Part shown: piece after piece, positions 29,721 through 42,675 of the stretch | Layout of the letters: each line of letters begins with the position of its first letter | Position numbering within the stretch: the stretch's first letter is position 1 | Translations under genes and position numbers: made by a program | NCBI RefSeq assembly: GCF_009914755.1 | Contig: NC_060934.1 | From: the human T2T-CHM13v2.0 reference genome, Homo sapiens | Reading direction: 5' to 3' (one strand) | Length of the DNA stretch: 64,000 bases | Notes under the pieces: model-generated | What the model was told of the DNA's origin: nothing | The model's database searches: none | The model's input: only the letters and a program-made list of their open reading frames with translations

Positions 29721-32700
29721 CAGATGTCAAGGTATTATTTTTAAATATACATATACATTCGTATAAGCCACCTAGTGTACGTAGAGTTTGAACACGTCCC
29801 AGGTGTGTGTCCGACCGTGTGTGTGAGTGTGAGAGAAGAAATAAAAAGCCCCCGTCTCCCAAAAGCCCTGGCAAACCAGCCCAGCTGGAAAATCCTAAAT
29901 GCAGGCTCATCAGACTTGAAATGAAATGCGTCTGATCACCCATACTTTCTATGCTTTTGTGGCTCTCCCGGATTTCTCTACCTGCTGGCGCTTCACGCTG
30001 GTACCCTTCAAACCTGACGTTCTTGTCATCATCAAAGTGTGAAACATAAGCAAATAGGCATAGAAAAAGGAAGAATTTTTGATTTCCTGAATTGGATGAC
30101 ATTTACAATCCATAAATGGAAGACTAGTCTGTTGATTTTGAAGAAATATTTTTTCATAACATATGAGGGAGAAGATTGCTTATTTTACTTAAGAAACGTG
30201 CATAATGTTACTAATGGAGCATCTCCATCTCCCAAGAGGTGGTTGCTTGTTTCCAGGGTCAGATACAGATAAGCACACTTATCTTATTTAAAACGTGGAC
30301 CCATTGTTTGCCTTACTCTTGGCTTCTAATGCAACCACTCTGGCATTGTTCTAGCCTTTTAGGGAACTGTGCAATTCTGATGTTAGTGGGCTTCATAACT
30401 TGGATGGGAAAAATTTAATGAAACTTGTTATACAACACTCAACTCAGAGTTCATATGGAGAGTAAAGCGACAGGAACATGAGGTTAACAGAATGTGGGAG
30501 AGCACCCAAAAGAACGGCATTTTAAATTAATAGATAATAACGTAATTGATAAAACCAAGGATATTGCTGCTTACTCTACTACTAACGAAATCACATTGGC
30601 TGGATGGCACGTGTTACGTAATAATGCAAGGTCCATCGAAACCCTTCACTTCATAAATACAACAAGTTAATATAAGGAGAAAGTAAATATTTGATTATCT
30701 CTATTTGTATTTATTGGATGTTTTTTGGGGAGAATCACAGCATGTACCAATTACTACTTTTGAAAACTTAGAGTTATACCTATACATGTTGATTCCCATG
30801 GAACATTTGGTGTTCATGCAGGCTTAGTTTAGGGAGGAGTTTGTATTCTGCGAGGGAGTTGGAAAGAGACAATAAGGATAAACATTTCTGAGATTCTGAC
30901 CTTACCAAATTGCCCTAATAGTTCAGCAGACTTAGATCTGCCTTAGAAACCTGAGTGATCTGAATAAACTTCAACTTTCTCTGGTAAATTAATTTGCAAT
31001 CCTGACTTGCCTGACTGTTTTAGCTAACGAGGTACATGACCATCTCTCCTGGGCCAAGTTTTGCATAATGAAAAAATAACTCAAAGACAGCTCTCTGCAT
31101 CTTTAAACATTTCATAGGATCTCATTTTTGTATCCGCAGGACTTTTGAGTGACACAGAGCAAACTCTGCTTTTACAAAAAGACCACTTTAATAGGTTTCA
31201 TAGTGAAGCATGTTCAAGCCAGCTGATAACTCCAGTTACACATTCCATCAGAGATTTACAAGATTCTAGGCAGTAGGGAATGAGCTATACAATGTGATAA
31301 GTTTAAAAGCCTCTTTGTACATGACTTGTAGAATATCTAGATTGAAAAACAAACAAACGAAAAAGGTCCAGAGTGGAAAATAAAGCTGGTGTGGCAAATA
31401 ATTTACAGCATCCCATTATAATAACATTTTATCTATCATTATAATAACATTTTATCTATCAAACAACACTGTGTGTCCTGATACTGATTTCTTACTAATA
31501 ACTTGTATTTTAAAGGACTCAGCTCTTAAGGTATTGCCATGATGCTTTGGGTGACTCTGAAGTATTTTATTGAGGAAAATGATAGAATGCCTTCCAAGCT
31601 TAAATAATTTTGGAAAAACATCTGTTCTTTTTTCACACTTACATAAAGAAAACTAGAAAAAAATTGGCTTGAGTAGTAGAAAGTGTACCTTTCTTAGGGA
31701 AAAAAGAAGTACATTGTATGCAAAATGAATAAATCTTATGTTGTTTGAATGGTTGTACAAGGTAGCTCCACAAAGAGTTAAGAAAACCTGCCAAACCAAA
31801 GAAGACTTGTTTGCCTTTCAATGTATTTCACTATGAATAATTTGATTACACGGACTTACTGGCAACAAGTGTTTGTGTCTTTGTATTTCATCTTTACTAC
31901 ATCTTAAATGTAGCCATCTTTCTTAAACATACATATAGATTATTGTGAGTTTCCAGTTAAAATGAAACTATCTAAATAGACACATTAATTTCCAGTTTAC
32001 ATTCATGCTAGTTTTTGATTCTCTTTTTTTTAGATGTAGGTAACTGCCCCGCTAATGTTCTGTTCATTTATCTGATATATGCAAATATATCTGTTTAGTT
32101 TTTACTTACTAAGGTTGCCTTCTGAGGATTATAATTTTTTTTAGTTCTGGTTTCTTGGTAAATTTGGTCATTTAAAAATAGTATAAAATGTAAATTAACT
32201 TAATAACTTGAATCATTTTAACATTTTTGGCTTGGAATTTTTCCTTTAATGTGGGAATTGGAGGGAAGGTTCTGTCAGATTCCGGCACTGAGCCAGGACA
32301 CTCCTGCTATAACTATGAGGTAGGAGGAGGGTTTTTATTGGTCTCTTTCACAATCTGTATAGATACAATGCTTATGTGAAGGAAAGAACTGATGTAGCAA
32401 ATTGGAATCTGTATTCCACTGCTACCAAATAACTCCTTGAGAATGTAAAACTACTAAACTATATTTGGAAATAAACTGAGCAAATAAACCCTTAAAATGA
32501 AAAACAAAACCTAAGCATTCATTATGTGAGATCAGATAGCCTGTTGATTGCCTATATAGAATAGTTCTTATGGACTTAAGTAATTTTATTTCATGAAGTT
32601 TCATTCCTGAAATTGATTCTATATCATGTTAGAACATTCAGTCTCTGAAATTTTGATCTAAACCCCTTATCTTTTGAAAATATTCCCAAATCTTTTCCAT

Positions 32701-32821
32701 TTTCATGTCACAGGGTTTCAGTCATTTCAGTTGGATTATATAGACTTGAGTTCCTAAAAGTGGTTAGTGTCTTTGTATTTTTGTAAGCTGTTGCTTTCAC
32801 TCCATGTTCTATTTTGTTTCC

Positions 32822-33141
32822 TTTCTTTTTCCTTTGTTGTTGTTGTTGAGACAGAGTCTCACTCTGTCACCCAGGATGGAGTGCAGTGGCACGATCTTGG
32901 CTCACTGTAACCTCCGCCTCCAGGGTTCAAGCAACTCTCCCATCGCAGCCTCCTGAGTGGCTGGGATTACAGGCACGTGCCACCAATGCCTGGCTATTTT
33001 TTTTTTTTTTTTTTTTTTTTTAGTAGAGATGGGGTTTCGCCATTTTGGCCAGGCTGATCTTGAACTCCTGAACTCAGGTTATCAGCCCACCTGGGCCTCC
33101 AAAAGTGCTGAGATTACAGATGTGAGCCACCACACCTGGCC
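32822..33141 (-). mobile_element. Full-length AluS with expanded poly-T linker
   Basis: gagacagagtctcactctgtcacccagg..long T run..gagccaccacacctggcc. Confidence 0.95.
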
Positions 33142-33189
33142 CCTGTTTCACTTTTTCATTGCGAAGTACTTTGGAGGAGTTGAGGATAA

Positions 33190-33527
<338 letters not shown>

Positions 33528-33769
33528 TATTTTTATTTTTAAGGAGGCATTCATTTTAAGAGATTATTTAATCTTTTAAACTTTATACTGATATATCTCA
33601 AGAAAAACAAAATGTTCCTAAAGACTGTATATTAAATTCTGTTGGAAGTTGAGAGAATTCTAGAATTCTATTGTAATCATAGATGGCATAATATTAAAAC
33701 ATAGATGGCTTGAAAGGTAGAAATTTAATTCCAAAAGTGCCCTACATCTCAGTTCAATACTTCTATGGG

Positions 33770-34260
33770 ATTGCCTGTGACATGCAAAATATTGTAAGGC
33801 ATTAGAGGTAAGAGCTACATAGGTCCTACCATCCAGGAGTGAACAAGGGGTTAACAATACTGCACAAGTAAATATTCTAGAAAGTAGATAGAGTAAGGTA
33901 AGTCACAGGGGAGATAACTAAGAGAGTTGGCAAAATATAATCAAGCCTGTTTGGTTTTATGGTGTCAGAAACTCATGTGGAAGTAGAAGGGTTTAAAGTA
34001 AGTATTTGAAGAAGGGCTATGATTTAGGTGAGTGGAAATGAGAGGAAAGAGGGAGGGATAGAGATAGGGATTGGGGAAATACATTCCAAGCCATTAGCAA
34101 AGTGACAGCACAGAAAAAGAAAGCAGGGCCCCTCTGGGAATTGGGAGCAACTAGTGGCTGTGCTAAAGTACTGTAGTGGGAACTGTGGAAAAGCAAGTTT
34201 AGGCCAGTGAGAATGAGAATCTTGGTTTCTATGATTTGATAAAGTAGGCGAGAGGGCATT
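33770..34260 (-). mobile_element. L2 fragment
   Basis: Purine-rich L2 antisense pattern: ttgtaaggcattagagg..atttgaagaaggg..cattccaagcc..gcaaagtgacagc. Confidence 0.55.
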
Positions 34261-34291
34261 CTTTTGGGTTTTAGAATAGCTAAGGCTCATT

Positions 34292-34312
34292 TGTGTGTGT
34301 GTGTGTGTGTGT
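34292..34312. repeat. (TG)n microsatellite
   Basis: ~10 TG units. Confidence 0.9.
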
Positions 34313-35723
34313 TTTACACCAAGGACTAATAGTTACCCACTAATGCAGTTCTGAATGCCAGAATATCAGTTCAGCTTTCTTACCCCCACCATCACAGTCC
34401 TGTTAATAGTCGTAACTATATAACTAGGTAAGAGTAGTTAATTGAAGCAAACAGCAGATGATTAGAAGTCTTAAAGAAACCAAGTTCCAAGTTCCTTTTT
34501 CCACTCAGTTCCAAATGTTCCCATTGAAAGTAATCTAACTTCATGCCACAGACTAGCACTGCAGATTCCTCACATACCTAGGCAAACTGAACATCAATGA
34601 GAATTGAACCTGAAGTTGTTTTTCGAAAGTCATCTTTCTTGTTTTTGTGGAGGAGTTAAATTCCAACCTAATGTTATTCTAATAGAGTTTCTAATTTAAG
34701 GTTGATTGTTAATTTGACATTACAGTTTATGCAGTAGAAATGAAGTCCCGGGAGCATTTATAAAAATGTATGAGACCAGCGTGCTAAAACCCTATTAGGG
34801 TATTTTGAAGCACAGTCAAGTTGCATGCCCCCAAAATGGGTCTTATAATGAAGATACTGGTAAGCTCTTAAATAGAATGGCTCTACTACCTGCCTGAGAA
34901 TATAAATTACCAGCTTCCTTGCTCTACTGGGTCACATTTCCAAGCTCCTGCTACTTGTTATCTGGATTCCTAATGGGAAAGGGTAGAAGAACACAGATGA
35001 TGTTTCTATTGTTGCTGTTTGCAGGTTATAAGGCATATGGACACATTTTTTTTTTCTGTCTGCCTAGCAATGGAGGGTCTCCATGGTATCCTAGCAACCA
35101 TATTCGAACACCAGGCTGCTGCTCTTTCTGCCATCTCTACCATAGGTGCTGCAGCCCATCCCAAGAAACTGGGTGTGTTGCTAGCATTCCAGATCCTCTG
35201 ACTTGAACCTTTCAAGCTCAGAGAACGCAAGACAATGTGATAAATAAGCACATGCTGAAAGCAGCATTTACCAGTATGCTCAACAACTTATTATGCAATC
35301 ACATCCTTGGCATTTTGTATCCTAATCTGAATTGTTGAGCTGGTACTGTTTGCCACCCCTTCCCCGACAGCCCTTCTCTGCTTCCTCACACTCAGTTCTG
35401 ACACCGGTTCTGCTTCCCTCTCACCATCTTCTGTAACGACTGTGTTCCTCAGCACTTCCTTAAAATTTATTTTCTGAGAAGTTCAGTATGTGCAACCTGT
35501 TTGAACTCTCTAAGGATAATTTTGTTTGTAAGAGCAGAGGAATTTTCTCCCTCCAAAACTGTCCTGTAAATATAAACAATAGCACAAAAACTTCAGCTAC
35601 ACAAAACAGATGTTTAACACAATATGGAACTAATAGTACACTCTCAAAACTGTCTTATTTCTGAATGAATTTTATAAGCATACTACTCTCCAGCTTTTTT
35701 CATTGCTTATAAAATTCATATAA

Positions 35724-35790
35724 GCATTCCTTCTGGAGGCTCTAGGGGAGACTCCATATCTTGTCTTTTTCAGCTTCTAGAGGCTGCCTA
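35724..35790 (-). mobile_element. Isolated internal fragment of an MLT1 (MLT1C/D-like) LTR
   Basis: gcattccttctggaggctctaggggagactccatatcttgtctttttcagcttctagaggctgcc matches the characteristic MLT1 core; no flanking LTR sequence. Confidence 0.8.
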
Positions 35791-36354
35791 TATTTTAAGC
35801 GTGAAATTTATAAGCAATGAAAAAAGCTGGAGAGTAGAGTGAGAAGAAGAAATGCATATCGAGGGAACAAGAAAGGGCGAAACGAGATGGGTATTGGTAA
35901 AACTATGCCATATTTGCAAGGAAGTTGGAAAATAGTGATAGGCTTTGTGTGCAAGTAAATAGGTGACAAGACTGGAAAAGAGCTTGCAAGTAAGATAGTA
36001 CTTTATGGATGAAGACTGCCATAGAGAAGAGACACCCAAATTAGAGTATATCGAAGGCTTGCCTTCTTAGGGAGCTATACTGAAGATAGTTTCCCATTAG
36101 ACCAGTGCTTGTTTTGAATGCATTGTATTGTCCCTTTGAAATGCTCCTTAATTTGACATCATTGAGGACTTGGTGGTGTTTGTGCAGCCAACAGTGCAGA
36201 GGACAAGAATAAGGGCAACAGCTCAGTGCATCCTGCTTCTGAATGAAAGCATCAAGAATTACACTGCTCATCGTCATCAGATTGGGTAACATTTATGGAG
36301 CACTAACTCTGTGCCAGGCACTGCTCCTGTGCTTTATATAGATTGTCTCTTTCA

Positions 36355-36670
36355 TTGATTGAATGATTGATTGATTGATTGAGACAGGTTCTTTCTGTCT
36401 TACTGCCCAGGCTGGAGTGCAGTGACACAGCCATAGCTCACTGCAGCTTCAAACTCCTGGGCTCAAGTGATCCTCTTGCCTCAGCCTCCAGAGTAGCCAA
36501 GATTATAGGCACATAGCACCACACCTGGATAATTTTTAATTTTTTTCTGTAGAGACAGGGTCTCAGTTGCACAGGCTGGTCTTGAACTTCTGGCCTCAAA
36601 TGATTCTCCAGCATCTGGGCCTCCAAAGAAAGTGCTGGGAATACATATGTAAGCCACCGCACCCCACCTG
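36355..36670 (-). mobile_element. AluJ inserted into a MIR (MIR halves ~36285-36350 and ~36680-36845)
   Basis: catagctcactgcagcttcaaactcctgggctcaagtgatcctc; (GATT)n tail; flanks ctgtgccaggcactg and aaccctatgagg..agagaagtgaagcaacttgcccacagtcacac. Confidence 0.9.
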
Positions 36671-36993
36671 ATCATCTTTTTTTTAGGACAAAAACAACCC
36701 TATGAGGAAGATTCTGGATTATCCCAATTTCACAGCATGAGAAAAAGAACTCTGGGGCGCAGAGAAGTGAAGCAACTTGCCCACAGTCACACTAGGTTGA
36801 GCCTGAATTTGAGCTCCAGAGCTTTTCTCCTTAGCCACTAGGCTCTCTTACTGCCCAAAGGGTCATGGGGATTAGGTAGTTGCAGGAAAACTTTATGAAT
36901 AACATATAGGTCATTCTCTGGGGTGTATCTGTTCACCAATAATTAAATAGGAAGCAGAAGGACTCTGGGACTAGTGGAAGAAATAATGTAGGA

Positions 36994-37172
36994 CGGCGGT
37001 TCCCAAACTTTCCTGCGCATTAGAATCACATGGGGAACATAAAAATCCAATTCCTAGATTGTACCACAAACCAATTAAAATCAGAATGTCCGGGTGTTGG
37101 AAGCTACATATCAGTAATTTTTGATGATTCTCCATGTAACTTTAACGTGTAGCAAAATTTGATAACCACTCT
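36994..37172. mobile_element. MER5 family hAT-Charlie MITE (MER5A1/B-like)
   Basis: cggcggttcccaaact..cattagaatcac..tttgataaccact terminal inverted repeats. Confidence 0.8.
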
Positions 37173-37433
37173 AATAGGAAGATGACAAGAGGAGTGTGTG
37201 TGTGTGTTGTGTGTGTACATTTGTGTGTGATATTAAACAAAAGACCAGGATAAAGTGTTCATCTAAAGAGTTGAATGTCTCTATTGGCTAAAACCTTTAA
37301 GCACTAGGGGCCTGCGAAAGCATAGCTGGATTTTTTTTTTTGCCAAATTGTACGTGTAGACAAATTGTACATGTAGTTTAGTTGATGCCTTCTTGTTTAT
37401 TCTCCTAAACAAGTGATCATTTCCCTACCTAGC

Positions 37434-37613
37434 CCATTGGTTCTCAAACATAGCTGTATGTTACAATCACCTAGGGAGCTTTAAAACATACATTTGCTGG
37501 GCACCACCTCCAGAGCCTATGATTTAATTGCTCTGGGGTAGACCTGAGGTATAGGTATATTATTTTTACTCCCAAAGTGATTATAATATTCAGCCAGGGT
37601 TGAGAAACCTCTG
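37434..37613. mobile_element. MER5B-like MITE
   Basis: cattggttctcaaac..aatcacctagggagcttt..cagccagggttgagaaacctctg. Confidence 0.82.
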
Positions 37614-37614
37614 C

Positions 37615-38464
37615 TGTGACCCATTCATTGTTGATTGTTACAGACTACTTGAATTCCTATTCTTTGGGGAAGCACCTTTCTTGTTTCTTTTTGAGCAACC
37701 CAAGTCCCTGGCTTGCAGTGGAGCCAGGCAGCTTCAGCTCCCCAATCTCCCTAGCATCTGAACCTATCAGCATCACTTTAATCTCTGGGGTTACCTGTTA
37801 AGGACCTGGGGCACACAAAAGTGGCAGCAGCTCTGTTCAGTGGGTAAGTTTGTTTCCCCTTTCCTGCCAGCCAGGGTTCCTGGCCACTTTCAAATGTGAC
37901 ACACATTAGGATCAGCTTTCATCCCAAGTTTTTTGTTTGTTTGTTTTGTTTTTAAATTCTTGCTGAGGGCAGCTGCCTCTGTGGCCAGATAGTTTCTTTG
38001 GGTCCCAGCTCCTGCTATCCAATGCTAAGTTGAAGGTGAAACAATGATGAGCGCCTCTTGGAAGAGCAGTCCTGGGCTTGTAGCGTCTCTCTTGGTATGT
38101 GATGTCTCTGCAGCCAGCTACAGTTTTTTTTTTTTTTTTCCTACAGATATTTTATCCTTTTAAGGCAAACAGCGTGAGCTCAGGCTGAGGAGTACTTTCC
38201 GAGGAGACTTCAGAGAAAGCAGAACTAGCACATCAACCTTTCAGCCCCCTTTCCAGGAGGCTTGGTTTAAGTGGACAGATCTGGGCATTGCTGGCAGTTG
38301 AGAGGTCGGAGACGACACCTGCAATAAAAGATCTTGGTGTGTCCCTCATGAAGACTTCCAGGGGAAATGAGAATTCCTAAACCCTGTGGTCAGACCTCAC
38401 TGCTGCCCCTATTGCCAGCTCTGTGTGTCTTTCCTGCCCTCTGTCCCCTTAGATCCTTGTTACA
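37615..38464 (+). mobile_element. Possible ancient LTR (Gypsy/ERVL-like), family unresolved
   Basis: GC-richer block with tgtgac..tgttaca ends and AATAAA at ~38323, about 140 nt before the 3' end. Confidence 0.4.
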
Positions 38465-41400
38465 AACTCCTCAAGGTGTTGCTAATGGTCTCTGCTAGGA
38501 GCCTATTTACATTTGTAATTTAATCATTACCTTCTCAGGTGAGGATCAGCCAATATAGCACTTTATATAAGCAATGAAAATAGCTAATATAATTGCAAAT
38601 ACTTTTTGATAAAAATAATCTTAGAATCGGAGTCAGCAAGGAGCTTTTCTGTCTTTTCCCCACTCCTAAAATATGAAAATGTATTCAGCTGACAGATAGT
38701 ATGTTAAAACAGAATAGATGTAATAAGGCTACCCGGAGGATTGGGGACATTAATTATGCAGGGAAGTTAATCATAAGTAAAGTAAACACTTTCATTATGA
38801 ATCCAGCTTCATGGAGTGCATTTGGTTATTGCGCGTAATTGGGGAGGGATAAGAGGAATTAGAAACAATGAAAAACATGACCAAAAACATGTGTTTAATT
38901 ATTATGACTTAGCAGTTAGAAGCAGAATGATAGGCAGAAGTTGGTGGTAGGACACTGGGAAAATATCTGTGTCTTTGCATTCTTTTATTCCAACCTATGA
39001 AAGGATGGGAGTTCATATAAAAAGAAGAAATTAGTGACAATTTACTACCAAGATATACTACTTTCACCTGCATCAAAAATAAAATAATGTTAATTACTTT
39101 TGCCTTTCTAAAGATCATAAATGTAAATTAAACTTCAGATTTGCTTTAAGATAGATGTAATTTAATTCACTTCTACATAGAGGTGGAGAGAAAATAATGT
39201 AAGCTATTTACTTATGCTTTGGCTGGGCATAAAACATGAGTAAATACCTTACATTATTTTTATGTGATTATAATATGCATCAAAAAACAGATCTAATGTT
39301 ATTGACCTTCTAATATTTAGTGTCATTTTCTCACTTTTAGACCCTACCTACTGTTAAGAAGTAACATTGTACTTCTTTGAACATGAGGTAATTATAGTAT
39401 CATCCAGTCAGTTTAATTTGGTTAATTGGATTGAATGTCAATGATGACAAATACACTCTAGTTAAGCAGAATACTTGGACTATTTTCAGAAACAATTGTA
39501 TTATGGTAATATCAAGCTTTCACCAGATCTTGGCCAAGGAATAAGGAGATAATGTGAGGAAAAAACATATCTTCTGGATATACTGTACATCATCTTAATG
39601 GTCCAGTTTTATCAGTAAATTATGGTTTTGACAATGCTTCTAAGTTTGGACTGAAAAGAAAGAAGAAAATATGGCCAGGACAAAAAAGAAAAATGCAAAA
39701 TCTAAGTTTTGCTCCTCTGGAGTAATTGCTACAGATGGAAAATAGGGTGGGTTGGTCATAAGCTACCATGCCTACAGGTGGCTGGCAAACATGCTGTAAA
39801 AGGAAGCACAGCTCCACACTTGTATCTTCCTAATACCTACGTTACCTAATTCACTGGTGACTAAGTAACACGTTTTGTATTAAAGCGAGTAAGAGAAGAT
39901 AGCCTTAGATTAGATTTGTGCTGGTTTGACAGAGTGTCACCATATCCTTCACAGAGAAATATTAAACATCTGAAAGTGACAGGTACCATTTTGCTAAGCC
40001 TGTGTTGACAACTCATTATGTCAGTGGGAAGAGAGAAATAAGAAAATATGCACTGGAATGAACCCTAGAGTGTACACTGCATGCACTGTTGAGTACAGAA
40101 CTTCATGTGAATCATAGTCTTCATTCTCGGTAATTGCTACTCTTTTATTTTTGAACTTTTGGAGGGTACCAAAGCTTAGAAAAGTACGCCCAAAGACACT
40201 TAGAAAAGTAAGAGTAGTGTTTTTTTTTTGGCTGGGAGATCGATTCAGTGAGTTCCTCTCTGAGCAAATGGATTTTACTTAATGTAACTTTTTTTTCAGT
40301 TCTGAATGTTAGAGGAAAATCTTTTTACCCCGTAGTGTATGGTACAGTGCAAAATGAAAGAATTGCTCGAAGTTTGTAGTTATTCATTTAATACCTAGCT
40401 TTATAAAAATGTAATGTGAACTCCATCATACACTTGTATGAGCAGTGTTTCTTGTTATAGATCTGAAAAGCTTTAGAAATAATGTGAAAGAAAGAATGCT
40501 ATAACTTTTAAAAAGAATTTTATCCTTGGTCAGGAAAAAGTCATTTTTCTCTTCTTCAAAATTTTACTTCGATTCTTTGTTCTTCATCAAAGGAAAATAT
40601 GACATGAAAAATTGTGACTTGCCTGATTCTGCTTTCCAGATGTTTTACCATTACTTAGTATGGAAACCTATATTCTCTTGTTGGAAAAAAAGGAACTAAG
40701 CGAGAACTAAGTGATTCCCTGTTTATGTAGCACTGAATGGCATACAAATAAGTAGATGTTACTTTGAAACTGTCCTCATGGAAAGCAATGGCAAATAAAT
40801 AAAATAAGCTCACTGTGAATGAGTTATCTTTTTTAACTTCTTGACACCTTTTACATACTTCATGAATTTATCTAGGCTTTGCCTTTCCGTTGGTTTGCTG
40901 AAGGCATTAACATATTTATTTTCCCTTCCTTTTGGCTTTTGGTGGGAAATGCTCAGCTTAATAAAAGTGTTTTCTTTCTGATAGATAACAGCTAAAAGGG
41001 TGTAGCCCATGTCCTTTCCAATAACAATAATTAGAGAAAGAACTTCCAGAAATAGAGAATTTAGGCACTTAGAAGCATTATGGATATGTGTGTTTGGGTG
41101 TTTGTTTACATGTTTTTAAATAATTATAATAACTTTTTTCCAAAAATTCTGATATTTGAAGAGTATCCATTAAAATTCATATTCTATTCATTATATAACC
41201 ACGATAGTTTAAGCAACTCACCCCCTTAGAAAATGGAGAACAGAAGAACCAATATTGAAATATTTTGGTGAATATACCAAATTTGGTGTGCAGACAGGTG
41301 TATCAAGTTGAACAAACAGATTACTAGCTCCTTTATCCTGAAGTGTAAAAGCAAAAACACTGATCATCAAAGAGGAGGATACTCTTCTCGAGTGACCCTT

Positions 41401-41898
41401 TCTCATCTGAGGTTCGTCTTATCTTTTGGTGCAGTCACTGAAGTCCTGTGCTATGTAAGTCATCTATCGTAATAGAGCAGTGCTCCATCTTCTGGATTCC
41501 TAAGGGTTACTGTCAGGGTGATGGATGGAAAATGGCTCAAGTATACATTTATTTTTCTTGGCAAGAGTGAGATTCTCTGCAAGATGGTCTTAGAGGTTAT
41601 TAAAGAATATCTCAGAAAACCCTTGCTAGTGAGTTTTTAAATCGTCTCTGACAGCTTTTCCCTCTCTTTCTTGACTCCTGTTAATAGATTTCAACACTTC
41701 TTTTTGTAGATCAATCCATTGCTTTATCATCATGAAAGGAAGAATATAATATTAACAACTTCTCTTGCTCAAATTAGGCTCACTTTTTTTTCTTCATTTT
41801 TTTTCTGGACCTAGAAACAATTTCCTCTCCAAAGAAATCTTTGATAAAGTGAAAGTAGTAATTGTTACTTTTTAGCCTTGTCTTTAATGGTCAATTAT

Positions 41899-41929
<31 letters not shown>

Positions 41930-41940
41930 AATGATGATAA
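41899..41940. repeat. (GAT)n microsatellite followed by a MIR (~41940-42140, minus)
   Basis: gatgatgat..gataatgat, then gatctcatttaattctcacagc..gagaaaatgaggcacagagg..acttgccca. Confidence 0.88.
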
Positions 41941-42343
41941 TTACTAAAAATATTTGTCCAACTGTATACCATATATGTGATCTCATTTAATTCTCACAGC
42001 AATCTGATAAAGTAGCTACTGTTATCATCCCAGTTTTTCATATGGAGAAAATGAGGCACAGAGGAATTAGACAACTTGCCCAAAACAAAACAATGGCCTG
42101 AAGTGCTGCAATGCAGGGTTATGTAAGCCCAGAGCTCATGCTCACTCTCTATATGCTCTGTTGTTTAGCTATTTGTTTCATCAACTCATTTTTAGCAGAA
42201 GTCTCTTGTGCAGTTTTGTTTCTTTTATATAGAGAGCTCTTTGGTAATTTTTAATATACTGTATACCCATACTCATGATGGTCATGGGTGCATTCTCTTT
42301 TAGAGACTAGCGTGCCTTAGTATAATGATAGTTCTTTCAATAA

Positions 42344-42675
<332 letters not shown>

